Part shown: positions 1-8,558 of the stretch, one piece after another
Numbering within the stretch: position 1 is the first letter of the stretch
How the letters are laid out: every line of letters begins with the position of its first letter
NCBI GenBank assembly: GCA_965221775.1
Contig: CBDCSU010000006.1
Coordinates: 2,048,001 to 2,112,000 of the forward strand
Direction of reading: 5' to 3'
Source: Candidatus Latescibacterota bacterium
Lineage (GTDB): Bacteria; Latescibacterota; UBA2968; UBA8231
Length of the DNA: 64,000 nt
The notes under the pieces: generated by a model
The model's database searches: none
What the model was told of the DNA's origin: nothing
What the model saw: the letters and a program-made list of their open reading frames with translations, nothing else
Program-made: the position numbers and the translations under genes

Positions 1-2
1 AG

Positions 3-803
3 GTGATCGTCACCGGCTCGGCGGTGCAGTCCAACTACTGCCGGCAGATGTCGGCCGCCTGCGCCCGCCTGGGCCTGGAGCTGCACCTGGTCCTGCGGCC
101 GGTGCGCGGCATCGACCACGAGGAGGTGCAGGGCAACCACCTGCTGATGCGCCTCCTCGGCGCCCACGTGACTGTCCACGACGAGTCCGGGCGACAGTCC
201 CACGCCGAGGCCCTCGCGGACAAGGCGGACCAGCTGCGCGCCGAGGGCCGCAGGGTCTACGAGCCGCGCACGGAGGAGACGGTCGACCTCGACGCCCTGG
301 CCTACGCCGAGGCGGCGCTGGAGGTGGTGCGGCAGTCGCGGCAGCTCGGCATCGAGCCCCGGTTCCTCTACGTGGCGGCCCACGACACCACCCAGGCGGG
401 AGTGGTCCTCGGCCTGAAGTACCTGGGCAGCGGCATCCACGTGCGCGGCTTCACCCCCATCGAGGACCGGCCGCGCCGGCGGGAGGAGATGCGCCGCATG
501 GCCCTCCAGGGGGCGCGCCGCATCGGCCTGGAGGTGGAGCTCTCCGACGGGGACTTCGACAACGAGGAGTCCTTCGTCGGCGAGGGATACGGCATCCCCA
601 CCGAGGCCTGCCTCGAGGCGGTGCGCACCACCGCCCGCACCGAGGGGGTGCTGCTCGATCCGGTCTACACGGGCAAGGCCATGGCGGCCCTCTGCGCCCA
701 CGTGCGCCAGGGCAAGCTGACGAAGGAGGACGGTCCCGTGGTTTTCCTGCACACCGGCGGCAACCCCGCGCTCTTCGGATACGCCGGGGAGGTGATCGAA
801 TGA
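3..803 (+). CDS. PLP-dependent D-cysteine desulfhydrase/ACC deaminase family (5' truncated by window)
   Basis: QSNYCR, GNHLLMRLLGA, EGVLLDPVYTGKAM and FLHTGG motifs typical of the family. Confidence 0.85.
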   Translation: MIVTGSAVQSNYCRQMSAACARLGLELHLVLRPVRGIDHEEVQGNHLLMRLLGAHVTVHDESGRQSHAEALADKADQLRAEGRRVYEPRTEETVDLDALAYAEAALEVVRQSRQLGIEPRFLYVAAHDTTQAGVVLGLKYLGSGIHVRGFTPIEDRPRRREEMRRMALQGARRIGLEVELSDGDFDNEESFVGEGYGIPTEACLEAVRTTARTEGVLLDPVYTGKAMAALCAHVRQGKLTKEDGPVVFLHTGGNPALFGYAGEVIE

Positions 804-1297
804 GCCGGGTGGACTACGCGGTGATGGACACGCCCCTGGACGGCCTCGGGGTGGCGTGGTCGGCGGCGGGACTGCGGCGCATCTGGTTCGCCTGTGCCGA
901 CGCGGCACCGCCGGTGCCGGCGGAGTGGCGCCGGCGGCCCGGGCCCGCCTTCGGCGCCGGCGAGCAGCTGGCCGCCTACTTCGCCGGGGAGCGGCTCGAG
1001 TTCGATCTGCCCCTCGACGCCTGCGGCACGCCCTTCCAGCGCCGGGTGTGGCAGGCGTTGACGGAGATCCCCTATGGCGGCACGTGCACCTACGGCGAGA
1101 TCGCCCGGCGCCTCGGCCGTCCGCGGGCGGCGCGCGCCGTGGGCGGCGCCAACCACCACAATCCGCTGCCCGTGGTCGTCCCCTGCCACCGTGTCATCGG
1201 CGCCGGCGGGTCCCTGACCGGCTATGCGGGGGGCCTCCGGATCAAGCGCTTCCTCCTCGACCTCGAGGCCGGAAGCAGTTCCCGCGCCGCCGCCTGA
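800..1297 (+). CDS. ogt: methylated-DNA--protein-cysteine methyltransferase
   Basis: GTPFQRRVW, TYGEIA, ARAVG and active-site PCHRV; ATGA overlap with upstream gene. Confidence 0.95.
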   Translation: MSRVDYAVMDTPLDGLGVAWSAAGLRRIWFACADAAPPVPAEWRRRPGPAFGAGEQLAAYFAGERLEFDLPLDACGTPFQRRVWQALTEIPYGGTCTYGEIARRLGRPRAARAVGGANHHNPLPVVVPCHRVIGAGGSLTGYAGGLRIKRFLLDLEAGSSSRAAA

Positions 1298-1321
1298 GAA
1301 CCCCCACCGAGGAGGCCATCC

Positions 1322-2332
1322 GTGAAGATCACCCGCATCGACCGCTACGTCACCGCCGTCCCTCACATCCCCTCCATCGAGAAGAGCCGCCCCGGCCACT
1401 ACCGCGACAACCCGATCACCATCGTCGAGGTGCACACCGACGAGGGCCTCACGGGCCTCGGCGAGGGCGGGCGGGGCGACCTGATGGAGGGCGTCGAGGA
1501 GGCGTGGGTGGGAAGAGACCCCCTGGCGCTCGAGCTGCCAAACATGGGCGGCGCCATGGCCATGGCCTGCTACGACATCGCCGGGAAGGCATACGGCCTG
1601 CCGGCCTGCCGACTCATGGGGGCCCGGCACTGGAGCGCGGTCCCCGTGGGCTGGTGGTCGCCTCCCCTGGAGCCGGCGGAGTTCGCGGCCATGGCGGAGG
1701 AGGGCGCGAGGCTTGGCTACAAGACCCACAAGCTCAAGGCCCGCCCCTGGAACATCGTCGAGACCGTCGAGCTCATGACAAAGGTCGCCGGTCCCGACTA
1801 CGGCATCATCGTCGATCCCAACTTCTCCTTCGGCGACCTGGCCACCTCCCTGCGCCTGGCGCGGCAGCTGGCGGGCTACAACATCCAGGCGTTCGAGGAT
1901 CCCTTCCGCTACCGGCCCGGCTGGCACCAGTACCACCACTTCCGCCAGCACTCGGCGATCCCCCTGGCGCCGCACCTGCACGACCCCGAGCAGGTCATGA
2001 GCGCCATCCGCGCCGACGCCGCCGACGCCTTCAACCTCGGCGGCTCGGTGGAGAGCGCGCAGATCATGGCCGGCATGGCCGGGGCCGCCGGACTGCCGGT
2101 GTGGCTGCAGGTCGTCGGACTCGGGCTGGGGGTCTCAGGCGCCTACGGCACCCACGTGCACGCCGTGATCCCCAACGCCACGATTCCCTCCGACTCCCTT
2201 CACTTCACCCGGGAGAACGACCTCATCGGCGGAGCCCTGACCCCGAAGGACGGCATGGTGCAGGTGCCGACAGCGCCGGGACTGGGGGTGGACCTGGACA
2301 GGGCGGCGGTGGAGAAGTACCGGGTGGGCTGA
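1322..2332 (+). CDS. mandelate racemase/muconate lactonizing (enolase superfamily) enzyme
   Basis: N-terminal VEVHTDEGLTGLGE, KLK, DPN, EDP, C-terminal PGLGVDLD; GAGGAGG RBS. Confidence 0.85.
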   Translation: MKITRIDRYVTAVPHIPSIEKSRPGHYRDNPITIVEVHTDEGLTGLGEGGRGDLMEGVEEAWVGRDPLALELPNMGGAMAMACYDIAGKAYGLPACRLMGARHWSAVPVGWWSPPLEPAEFAAMAEEGARLGYKTHKLKARPWNIVETVELMTKVAGPDYGIIVDPNFSFGDLATSLRLARQLAGYNIQAFEDPFRYRPGWHQYHHFRQHSAIPLAPHLHDPEQVMSAIRADAADAFNLGGSVESAQIMAGMAGAAGLPVWLQVVGLGLGVSGAYGTHVHAVIPNATIPSDSLHFTRENDLIGGALTPKDGMVQVPTAPGLGVDLDRAAVEKYRVG

Positions 2333-2346
2333 AGCACCCCCTCCTC

Positions 2347-2382
2347 TTGTATGCAGGCGGAGATGTGCCTACATTGCAGGCA
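2347..2382 (+). promoter_or_regulatory. sigma70-like promoter of the TA operon overlapped by a palindromic operator
   Basis: TTGTAT(2347-2352)-17 bp-TACATT(2370-2375); near-perfect inverted repeat TGCCTACA-T-TGCAGGCA at 2366-2382. Confidence 0.6.
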
Positions 2383-2399
2383 TAGATAGGAGGCACACC

Positions 2400-2642
2400 A
2401 TGCAGTACACCCTTCGCGGCGTTCCCGATCACGTCGACCGCGTCCTGCGCGAGCGGGCGGTGAGCTACGGCTGGAGTCTGAACCGGGTCGCCCTGGAGGC
2501 CCTGGAGCAGGGGCTCGGACTGGAGCGGCAGGAGAGACGGTTCCACGATCTCGACCACCTCGCCGGCACCTGGGTCGACGACCCGGGGTTCGACCGCGTG
2601 ATCGAGGAGATGGACACGATCGACGAAGAACTCTGGTCGTGA
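2400..2642 (+). CDS. VapB/FitA-like ribbon-helix-helix antitoxin
   Basis: 80 aa, N-terminal YTLRGVP..V...LRERA...SLN, acidic tail; GTGA overlap with PIN gene. Confidence 0.8.
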   Translation: MQYTLRGVPDHVDRVLRERAVSYGWSLNRVALEALEQGLGLERQERRFHDLDHLAGTWVDDPGFDRVIEEMDTIDEELWS

Positions 2643-3025
2643 GGATCGCCATCGACACCAATCGCTACCGGGACTTCTGCGCCGGCGATGCCGACTGCCT
2701 CGATCTGGTGCAGCGAGCGGAGCGCGTCTACCTGCCCTTCATCGCTCTCGGGGAGCTGCGCGCCGGGTTCCTGGCCGGTTCGCGGACCGGGCCCAACGAG
2801 CGGGTCCTGGATCGGTTCCTCTCATCGCCGAGAGTCGAGGTCCTCTTCCCCACGGCGGCCACGACGCGCCAGTACGCCCAGTTGTACCTGCAGTTGCGCA
2901 CCCAGGGGACGCCGATCCCCGCCAACGACCTGTGGATCGCCGCCCTGGTCTTGGAGAACGATGTGCACCTGTTTTCCCGCGACGCCCACTTCGACCGGCT
3001 GCCCCAGCTGCCGCGGGCGGCCTGA
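2639..3025 (+). CDS. vapC: VapC PIN-domain toxin
   Basis: IDTN, LGEL, PIPANDLWIAA, SRDAHF acidic PIN residues. Confidence 0.92.
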   Translation: MRIAIDTNRYRDFCAGDADCLDLVQRAERVYLPFIALGELRAGFLAGSRTGPNERVLDRFLSSPRVEVLFPTAATTRQYAQLYLQLRTQGTPIPANDLWIAALVLENDVHLFSRDAHFDRLPQLPRAA

Positions 3026-3035
3026 AGGCCCCGAC

Positions 3036-3890
3036 ATGGTCCCGGACCTCGACACCTACCTCTTCGACCTGCGTGGCTACATCCACCTGCGCGGCGCCCT
3101 GTCGCCGGAGGAGGTCGCTGCCTGCAACGCCGGTCTCGACGCCATCCCGCGCCTGGAGCCGGGCCAGTGGTACGGCCATGTGCAGGGCCACACCTACGGC
3201 ACCCTGGACGGCCTCAACTACCAGCAGATCTACGAGGCGGGGGAGCCCTTCGAGCGGCTCATCGACCACCCCTCGTGGATCGAGCACGTCAAGCTCTTCG
3301 TCGGCGGCGAGGGCACCTTCGACTACCACCACGGCCCGCTGTTCATCGACGAGTGCTTCGCCAGCTTCCGCGGGCCCGGCGAGGCGATCGGACTCCACTC
3401 GGGCGGGTATCCGCCCATCCACCGCAACCAGTTCCGCTACCACGGCGGGCGTTTCATGTGCGGCCAGGTGAACGTGCTGGTGGCCCTCACCGACATCGGG
3501 GCCGGCGACGGCTGCACCATGCTGATCCCCGGCAGCCACAAGTCGAACTTCCAGCACCCGGAGTACCACCGGAAACACATGAGGCCGGGGGGCGCCACCG
3601 TCGAGGGGACCGAAGGCGCCGTGGAGGTCCACATCGCCGCCGGCGACGCCCTGGTCTTCGTGGACGGCATCTCCCACGGCTCGGCCCGGCGCAGCAACCC
3701 TGGCGAGCGGCGGGTGTGTGTCTACCGCTACGGGCCGTCGTGGGGGAACTTCCGGCTCGGGTACGCGCCCTCGCCGGAGCTGCTGGCGCGGCTGACGCCG
3801 GAGCGCCGCCGGATCGTGCAGCCCCTGGAGTTGCTGCCCCGGGAGCCGCAGGTCAAGCCGCCGGCCGCCTCCGAGGGAGGCGCAACGTGA
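3036..3890 (+). CDS. PhyH-family Fe(II)/2-oxoglutarate oxygenase with atypical H-S-G metal motif
   Basis: FDLRGY, ALTD...G.T.LIPGSHKS, GDALVF...SHG; HSG at 3396-3404 instead of HxD; start set at ATG 3036. Confidence 0.85.
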   Translation: MVPDLDTYLFDLRGYIHLRGALSPEEVAACNAGLDAIPRLEPGQWYGHVQGHTYGTLDGLNYQQIYEAGEPFERLIDHPSWIEHVKLFVGGEGTFDYHHGPLFIDECFASFRGPGEAIGLHSGGYPPIHRNQFRYHGGRFMCGQVNVLVALTDIGAGDGCTMLIPGSHKSNFQHPEYHRKHMRPGGATVEGTEGAVEVHIAAGDALVFVDGISHGSARRSNPGERRVCVYRYGPSWGNFRLGYAPSPELLARLTPERRRIVQPLELLPREPQVKPPAASEGGAT

Positions 3891-3952
3891 TCAGGCGTGC
3901 CGCCGCGGGTAACGCGGCCTCCGGCCGTCTCCGAGGGAGTGCCGCCGCAGGT
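3861..3952 (+). repeat. imperfect direct duplication of the 3' end of the dioxygenase gene
   Basis: ccggccgYctccgagggag at 3861 and 3921 (60-bp period); gtgccgccgcRggt at 3897 and 3939. Confidence 0.6.
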
Positions 3953-3995
3953 GCGCTGGACCGGCGGCAGGGCTCCCGGGCCCGGGACGGGCGCC

Positions 3996-5636
3996 ATGAG
4001 TGACCCCGCCCTCCATCTGCCGCTGGACGACTCCCGGGCGCCGCCCGGGGGGCCGGCCAAAGCGCGCCGCTTCGACGGCGGCGAGGGCCTGACCCTGCCG
4101 GCGGCGGACACCCCGGCCCTCGGCACCGGGGACCTCACCATCGATCTGTGGCTGAACCCCGACGCCGACGGCGGCACCGTGGGCGACCTCGTGTCGCGCT
4201 TCGACCCCGTGTCGCGCCGCGGCTTCGCCCTCTCCTGCGTCAGCCACAGCGGCGTCACCTCCACGAGCCAGGCGAACCTGCGGGGCCTGCAGTTCGGCAT
4301 CGACGCGGGGCGGCTGCCCGACGCAGCCGATCCGTGCGCCGACCCGCTTCTGCAGCCGACGCCGTGGGTCGACCGGGGCCGCCCGGGCGCCGCCATGCAC
4401 GTGGCCGCCCTGCACACCTCGGGCGGCGACCTGTTCGCCGGCACCTTCGAGATGGAGGCGGACGAGCGCGGCCACCTGTGGCGCTACGGCGGCGGCGACC
4501 TCTGGCACGACCTCGGCGGGGCGCCGGACGGCTCCAGCGTCGTCGACGCCATCGCCCGTTTCGACGGCGGCCTCTACTGCGGCACCGGGCGCTACATGCC
4601 GCAAGGTTCCGCCCTGGGGCCGGTGCGCAACAACCGGCCGGGGGGCACGGTGTGGCGCGTCGACGGCGACGGCGCCTGGGTCGACTGCGGGCGGCCGGGC
4701 GGCGAGGACGCCACGCCCGAGGAGGTGGAGGTGTCCGGCTATGCCACGGGCAAGGCCGACCAGGCCTCGGCTCTCACCGAGTTCGAGGGGCGCCTCTACT
4801 GCACCAGCTTCCACCGCCGCGGCGCCTTCGTGTACGAGGGCGGCAAGGACTGGCGCTACGTGGGGCCCGACGAGCGGCTGATCGCCTTCGCCGTTTTCGA
4901 GGGGAACCTGCTGGCCCTGGTCAACGGCGGGCCGGTGCTGCGCTACGCCGGCGGCGAGAGCTGGGAGGACTGGGGCCATCCGCAGGGCTCGACCCAGACC
5001 TACTCGGCCGCGGTCTACGGCGGCTGCCTGCACGTGGGCACCTGGCCCTGCGGTACCGTGCACCGCCGCGGCGAGGACGGCCGCTGGACGGAGCTGACGC
5101 GCCCGGGGTACGAGCGCGAGATCATGGCCATGGCCGTCTTCAACCAGAAGCTCTACGTCGGCGGCCTGCCCATGGGCATCGTCTACCGCCACGACCCCGC
5201 CGACGGAGGGGGGGATGCCTTCTCCTACGTGGGCACCCTGGACGCCACTCCCGGAGTGGTCCTGCGGCGGGTGTGGTCCATGTCCGTGTTCGACGGCCAG
5301 CTCTTTGCCGGCACCCTGCCCTCGGGCCGGGTGTGGAGCCTGCGCGCCGGTGCCCTGGCCACCTTCGACGACGTGTTGAGCCCCGGCTGGCACCACTTGG
5401 CGGCGGTGCGCCGCTCGGGGCGGCTGGAGCTGTTCGTCGACGGGAGGCCCGCCGGCCGCTCGGCGGCCTTCGCCCCGGAGGACTACGACGTCGACGCCGG
5501 GGTGCCGCTGCGCGTAGGCGCCGGGTGCCATGCCGGCCTGCGGGGGTGGCTGGCCGATGTGCGAGTCCACGGCCGCGCCCTGTCGGCGGAAGAGGTGGCC
5601 GCGGCCCTCGGCCAAGCCGGTGGTCTCGCCGGGTAG
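3996..5636 (+). CDS. LamG-like jelly-roll protein with inserted beta-propeller
   Basis: LHLPLD/FDG/TIDLW N-terminal half and WHHLAAV/LFVDG/DVRV..RALS.EEV C-terminal half flank repeated (F/Y)xGxL(Y/F)xGT blades. Confidence 0.7.
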   Translation: MSDPALHLPLDDSRAPPGGPAKARRFDGGEGLTLPAADTPALGTGDLTIDLWLNPDADGGTVGDLVSRFDPVSRRGFALSCVSHSGVTSTSQANLRGLQFGIDAGRLPDAADPCADPLLQPTPWVDRGRPGAAMHVAALHTSGGDLFAGTFEMEADERGHLWRYGGGDLWHDLGGAPDGSSVVDAIARFDGGLYCGTGRYMPQGSALGPVRNNRPGGTVWRVDGDGAWVDCGRPGGEDATPEEVEVSGYATGKADQASALTEFEGRLYCTSFHRRGAFVYEGGKDWRYVGPDERLIAFAVFEGNLLALVNGGPVLRYAGGESWEDWGHPQGSTQTYSAAVYGGCLHVGTWPCGTVHRRGEDGRWTELTRPGYEREIMAMAVFNQKLYVGGLPMGIVYRHDPADGGGDAFSYVGTLDATPGVVLRRVWSMSVFDGQLFAGTLPSGRVWSLRAGALATFDDVLSPGWHHLAAVRRSGRLELFVDGRPAGRSAAFAPEDYDVDAGVPLRVGAGCHAGLRGWLADVRVHGRALSAEEVAAALGQAGGLAG

Positions 5637-5651
5637 CCCCGGACGAGGCGG

Positions 5652-5785
5652 GTCCCTCGGCTGGAGATCGCTGCCCCGGGCTGCCGCCGGGTTCGCGCAG
5701 ACCCTGGCTCGCCGGTAGCGCCGGCGGACGGGGGTGTCCCTCGGACAGCGGTCGCTGCCGTGGGTTCGCGCAACCACCGGCTCGC
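5652..5785. repeat. two imperfect intergenic direct repeats
   Basis: gtccctcgg...tcgctgcc...gggttcgcgca...ggctcgc starting at 5652 and 5736. Confidence 0.5.
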
Positions 5786-5829
5786 AGCCGCCATCACCCG
5801 CTCTTCCGCTTCACCCGGAGATCCCTGCC

Positions 5830-6873
5830 GTGACCAGGCGCACCCGCTCCTCCGATCCCCAGCTCTCGCCCTCTCTATACCACCGCTGGCTGATGGACCA
5901 CACGGAGCCCGCCCTGGCATGGGACGGGCGCGACCTGACGGCCTGGCAGCGCCGGCTACGCCGCCGGGTGCGCGAGCGCATCGGACTGCCGGCGAGGGAG
6001 CGTGAGCCCCTGCGGGTGCGCTCCCTGTGGAAGCGGCCGCACGAGCTGGGCACGATCGAGAAGATCCTCTTCCGCGCCGAGCCGCGGGCCGACGTGATGG
6101 CCTACGTCTGCCTGCCGGCGGGCGTGGAAGGGCCGCTCCCGTGGTTCGTCTGCGTGCAGGGGCATACGACGGGGGCCCACTGCTCGATCGCGGTGGAGCG
6201 GGAGGACGAGACGCGGGAGATGGAGGTCGACGGAGACCGCGACTTCGGCCTGGGCTGCATGCGCCGCGGCATCGCCGCCCTGTGCATCGAGCAGCGCTCC
6301 TTCGGCGAGCGCCGCGAGCAGCACCAGGAGAGGGTATCCCAGCACGGCTGCCACGACGCGGCCATGCACGCCATCATGCTGGGCCGGACGCTGATCGGCG
6401 AGCGCGTCTTCGACGTCGACCGGGGGCTGGACTACCTGAAGACGCGGTCCGACGTCGACTGGAAGCGCGTCGGTGTCATGGGCAACTCAGGGGGCGGGAC
6501 GATCAGCCTCTTCGCGGCCGCCACCCTGCCGCGGCTGCGCTTCGCCATGCCCTCCTGCTACTTCTGCACCTTCCGCGACTCGATCATGTCGATCTACCAC
6601 TGCGCCGACAACTACGTGCCGGGGCTGCTGCAGGACGCGGAGATGGCCGACGTGATGGGCCTGTTCGCGCCGCGGCCGGTGGTCTGCGTGGCCGGGCGGG
6701 AGGACCCCATCTTCCCCATCAAGGGGGTGCGCAAGGCTTTCCGCCGTCTGAAGGAGATCTACCGGGCCGCCGGCGCCGAGGACCGCTGCCGCCTCGTGGT
6801 CGGCGGCGAGGGGCATCGGTTCTACGCCGACCCGGCGTGGAAGAAGATGCTGCCGATGGTGGAGCGTGGGTGA
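5830..6873 (+). CDS. alpha/beta hydrolase (acetyl-xylan esterase/dienelactone hydrolase-like)
   Basis: GNSGGG nucleophile elbow, APRP, D.IFP, GHRF; GTG start after GGAG. Confidence 0.8.
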   Translation: MTRRTRSSDPQLSPSLYHRWLMDHTEPALAWDGRDLTAWQRRLRRRVRERIGLPAREREPLRVRSLWKRPHELGTIEKILFRAEPRADVMAYVCLPAGVEGPLPWFVCVQGHTTGAHCSIAVEREDETREMEVDGDRDFGLGCMRRGIAALCIEQRSFGERREQHQERVSQHGCHDAAMHAIMLGRTLIGERVFDVDRGLDYLKTRSDVDWKRVGVMGNSGGGTISLFAAATLPRLRFAMPSCYFCTFRDSIMSIYHCADNYVPGLLQDAEMADVMGLFAPRPVVCVAGREDPIFPIKGVRKAFRRLKEIYRAAGAEDRCRLVVGGEGHRFYADPAWKKMLPMVERG

Positions 6874-6885
6874 GGAGCGGAGGAC

Positions 6886-6911
6886 GGGTCCGGGCGGGCG
6901 CGCCCGGGCTC
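6886..6911. terminator. GC-rich hairpin between convergent genes
   Basis: ccgggcg-ggcg-cgcccgg stem at 6890-6907; no U tract. Confidence 0.4.
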
Positions 6912-7147
6912 TAGTTGACGGGTTCGCTCTCCAACTCGGCGAGGATCTCGTCCATGGACCACAGCCGCTCGGAGTCCTGGATCAGGACCTCGATGATGAA
7001 GGGATGGGCCTTCACCGTTCGGCTGTCGATGAACTGGAAACCCGGCGACCAGTTGCCGTCGCCGTCCTTGACGAACATGCTCTTGTCCTCGATGACGGTG
7101 ATCTCGTCGTCGCTGCCGTCGGCGCCCATGTAGCGATAGTTCGACAT
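6911..7147 (-). CDS. small acidic hypothetical protein (78 aa)
   Basis: MSNYRYMGADG...; AGGGAGGA RBS; GC3-rich codon use. Confidence 0.75.
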   Translation of the reverse strand: MSNYRYMGADGSDDEITVIEDKSMFVKDGDGNWSPGFQFIDSRTVKAHPFIIEVLIQDSERLWSMDEILAELESEPVN

Positions 7148-7197
7148 CGCTTCCTCCCTTGCTGCCGTCCCACTTCGTCGTCTCGCGGAAAAACACA

Positions 7198-7213
7198 TAC
7201 AAATTCCGTGCCA
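7198..7213 (-). promoter_or_regulatory. candidate sigma54 (-24/-12) promoter
   Basis: TGGCACGGAATTTGTA versus consensus TGGCACG-N4-TTGCW (one mismatch), about 50 bp upstream of the small gene. Confidence 0.55.
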
Positions 7214-7652
7214 TCGTGCATTGGACCACTGATGCCCGGCGATCCGGTCCCGATGGCCGGCCGGAGGGGCCCCCGGTCTCCTTCTAGGGGCCCCGCCGGA
7301 GGTGTCCGCTGCCCCTGAGCACCCCTCGGGCTCCCAGCCGGTCCTCCGCCGATCGGCTTCAACTTGTTCATAATCAATCACATAAGAGTAACCGAACGGG
7401 ACTCTCCCGGCTCTTCGAGGTTGATCGGCGGCATGAGTTGCGCCGTAGGCAATTCCTGATACCAGTCTCAGATTTCCAGGGCGCCCGGGGCGGCCGCCGG
7501 GCGGGCCGGTGAGGATCCACCGGGCACGGCCGAGCCTGTTCACTACCGGACACGTGGTGTGTGCAGGCGTGCACGGGGGGCCAGAGTGCACTATTTGCAC
7601 CGGACACCCATGTTGAGCGTGACGCTCTGCGTTCACTTCTTTCTCACCGGCC

Positions 7653-8558
7653 ATGACGATTCCGGTACGACCCTATCGCCCCGACGACCTGAAGGGCGTC
7701 CGCGACCTCTACAACGACCTGCTCGTGGGCCGCGTCCCCCACTGCTGGCCGGTGGCGGCCTCGGCCCTGGGCGGGACCCTGGGTGCAGCGGAGGCCGAGC
7801 ACGACGGGGTCCGGCTGCTGGAGCAGGCGGTGCTCGTGGCGGGATCAGCCGACGGGTTCGTCCACGTCGGCCGCCAGGCGGTCCACAAGTGGCAGGACCA
7901 CGAGGTCGGCGTGATCCGCTTCCTCGCCTGCCGCCGCGGCGAGCGCGCCGTGGGCGATGCCCTGGTGCAGGCGGCCGAGTCCTGGATGGGTGAGCGAGGC
8001 CTGGGGCACAGCACCGTAATGCCCCAGATCTGGCGCTACCCGTTCTACGGCTTCCCCCACGCCTATCTGTCCGACCATCTCGATCACGTGCAGGCCCTGG
8101 TGCGGTTCCGCGGCTACACCCGGAGCGGCGGCGAGGTCTTCCTCGACTGGCCGGAGATGCAGCCGGAGCCGGGGGTCCAACCCGAGGGCCTGGACTTCGA
8201 CCTGAGCCTGGAGGACCGCCCGGGGGAGGGCCGCCTGCCGGGGCTGAGGCTTCGGGCTCTCCAGGGCGACGAGATCATCGGCACCTGCGTCCTGGTGAGC
8301 GGCGCCGACTCCTCCCCGTCGGCCGACGAGGCCCACGACTTCGCCTTCTGCGACTGGCTCGGCGTGAAAGAGGAGCACCAGGGCAACGGCCTCGGACGGT
8401 TCCTGCTGGCGCAGGCCATGTTCCTGGCGCGAGAGCGCGGCTACCGCCACGGCGCCATCAGCACCGCCCTGAGCAACGACCGCGCCTTCCTGTTCTATAC
8501 CAATCACGGCTTCCGGGTCGTGGACTGGACCTACGAGTTCTCGCGGGAGCTGTCGTGA
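7653..8558 (+). CDS. GNAT family N-acetyltransferase (tandem domain)
   Basis: VRPYRPDD start; HQGNGLG acetyl-CoA motif; N.RA..FY...GF. Confidence 0.85.
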   Translation: MTIPVRPYRPDDLKGVRDLYNDLLVGRVPHCWPVAASALGGTLGAAEAEHDGVRLLEQAVLVAGSADGFVHVGRQAVHKWQDHEVGVIRFLACRRGERAVGDALVQAAESWMGERGLGHSTVMPQIWRYPFYGFPHAYLSDHLDHVQALVRFRGYTRSGGEVFLDWPEMQPEPGVQPEGLDFDLSLEDRPGEGRLPGLRLRALQGDEIIGTCVLVSGADSSPSADEAHDFAFCDWLGVKEEHQGNGLGRFLLAQAMFLARERGYRHGAISTALSNDRAFLFYTNHGFRVVDWTYEFSRELS

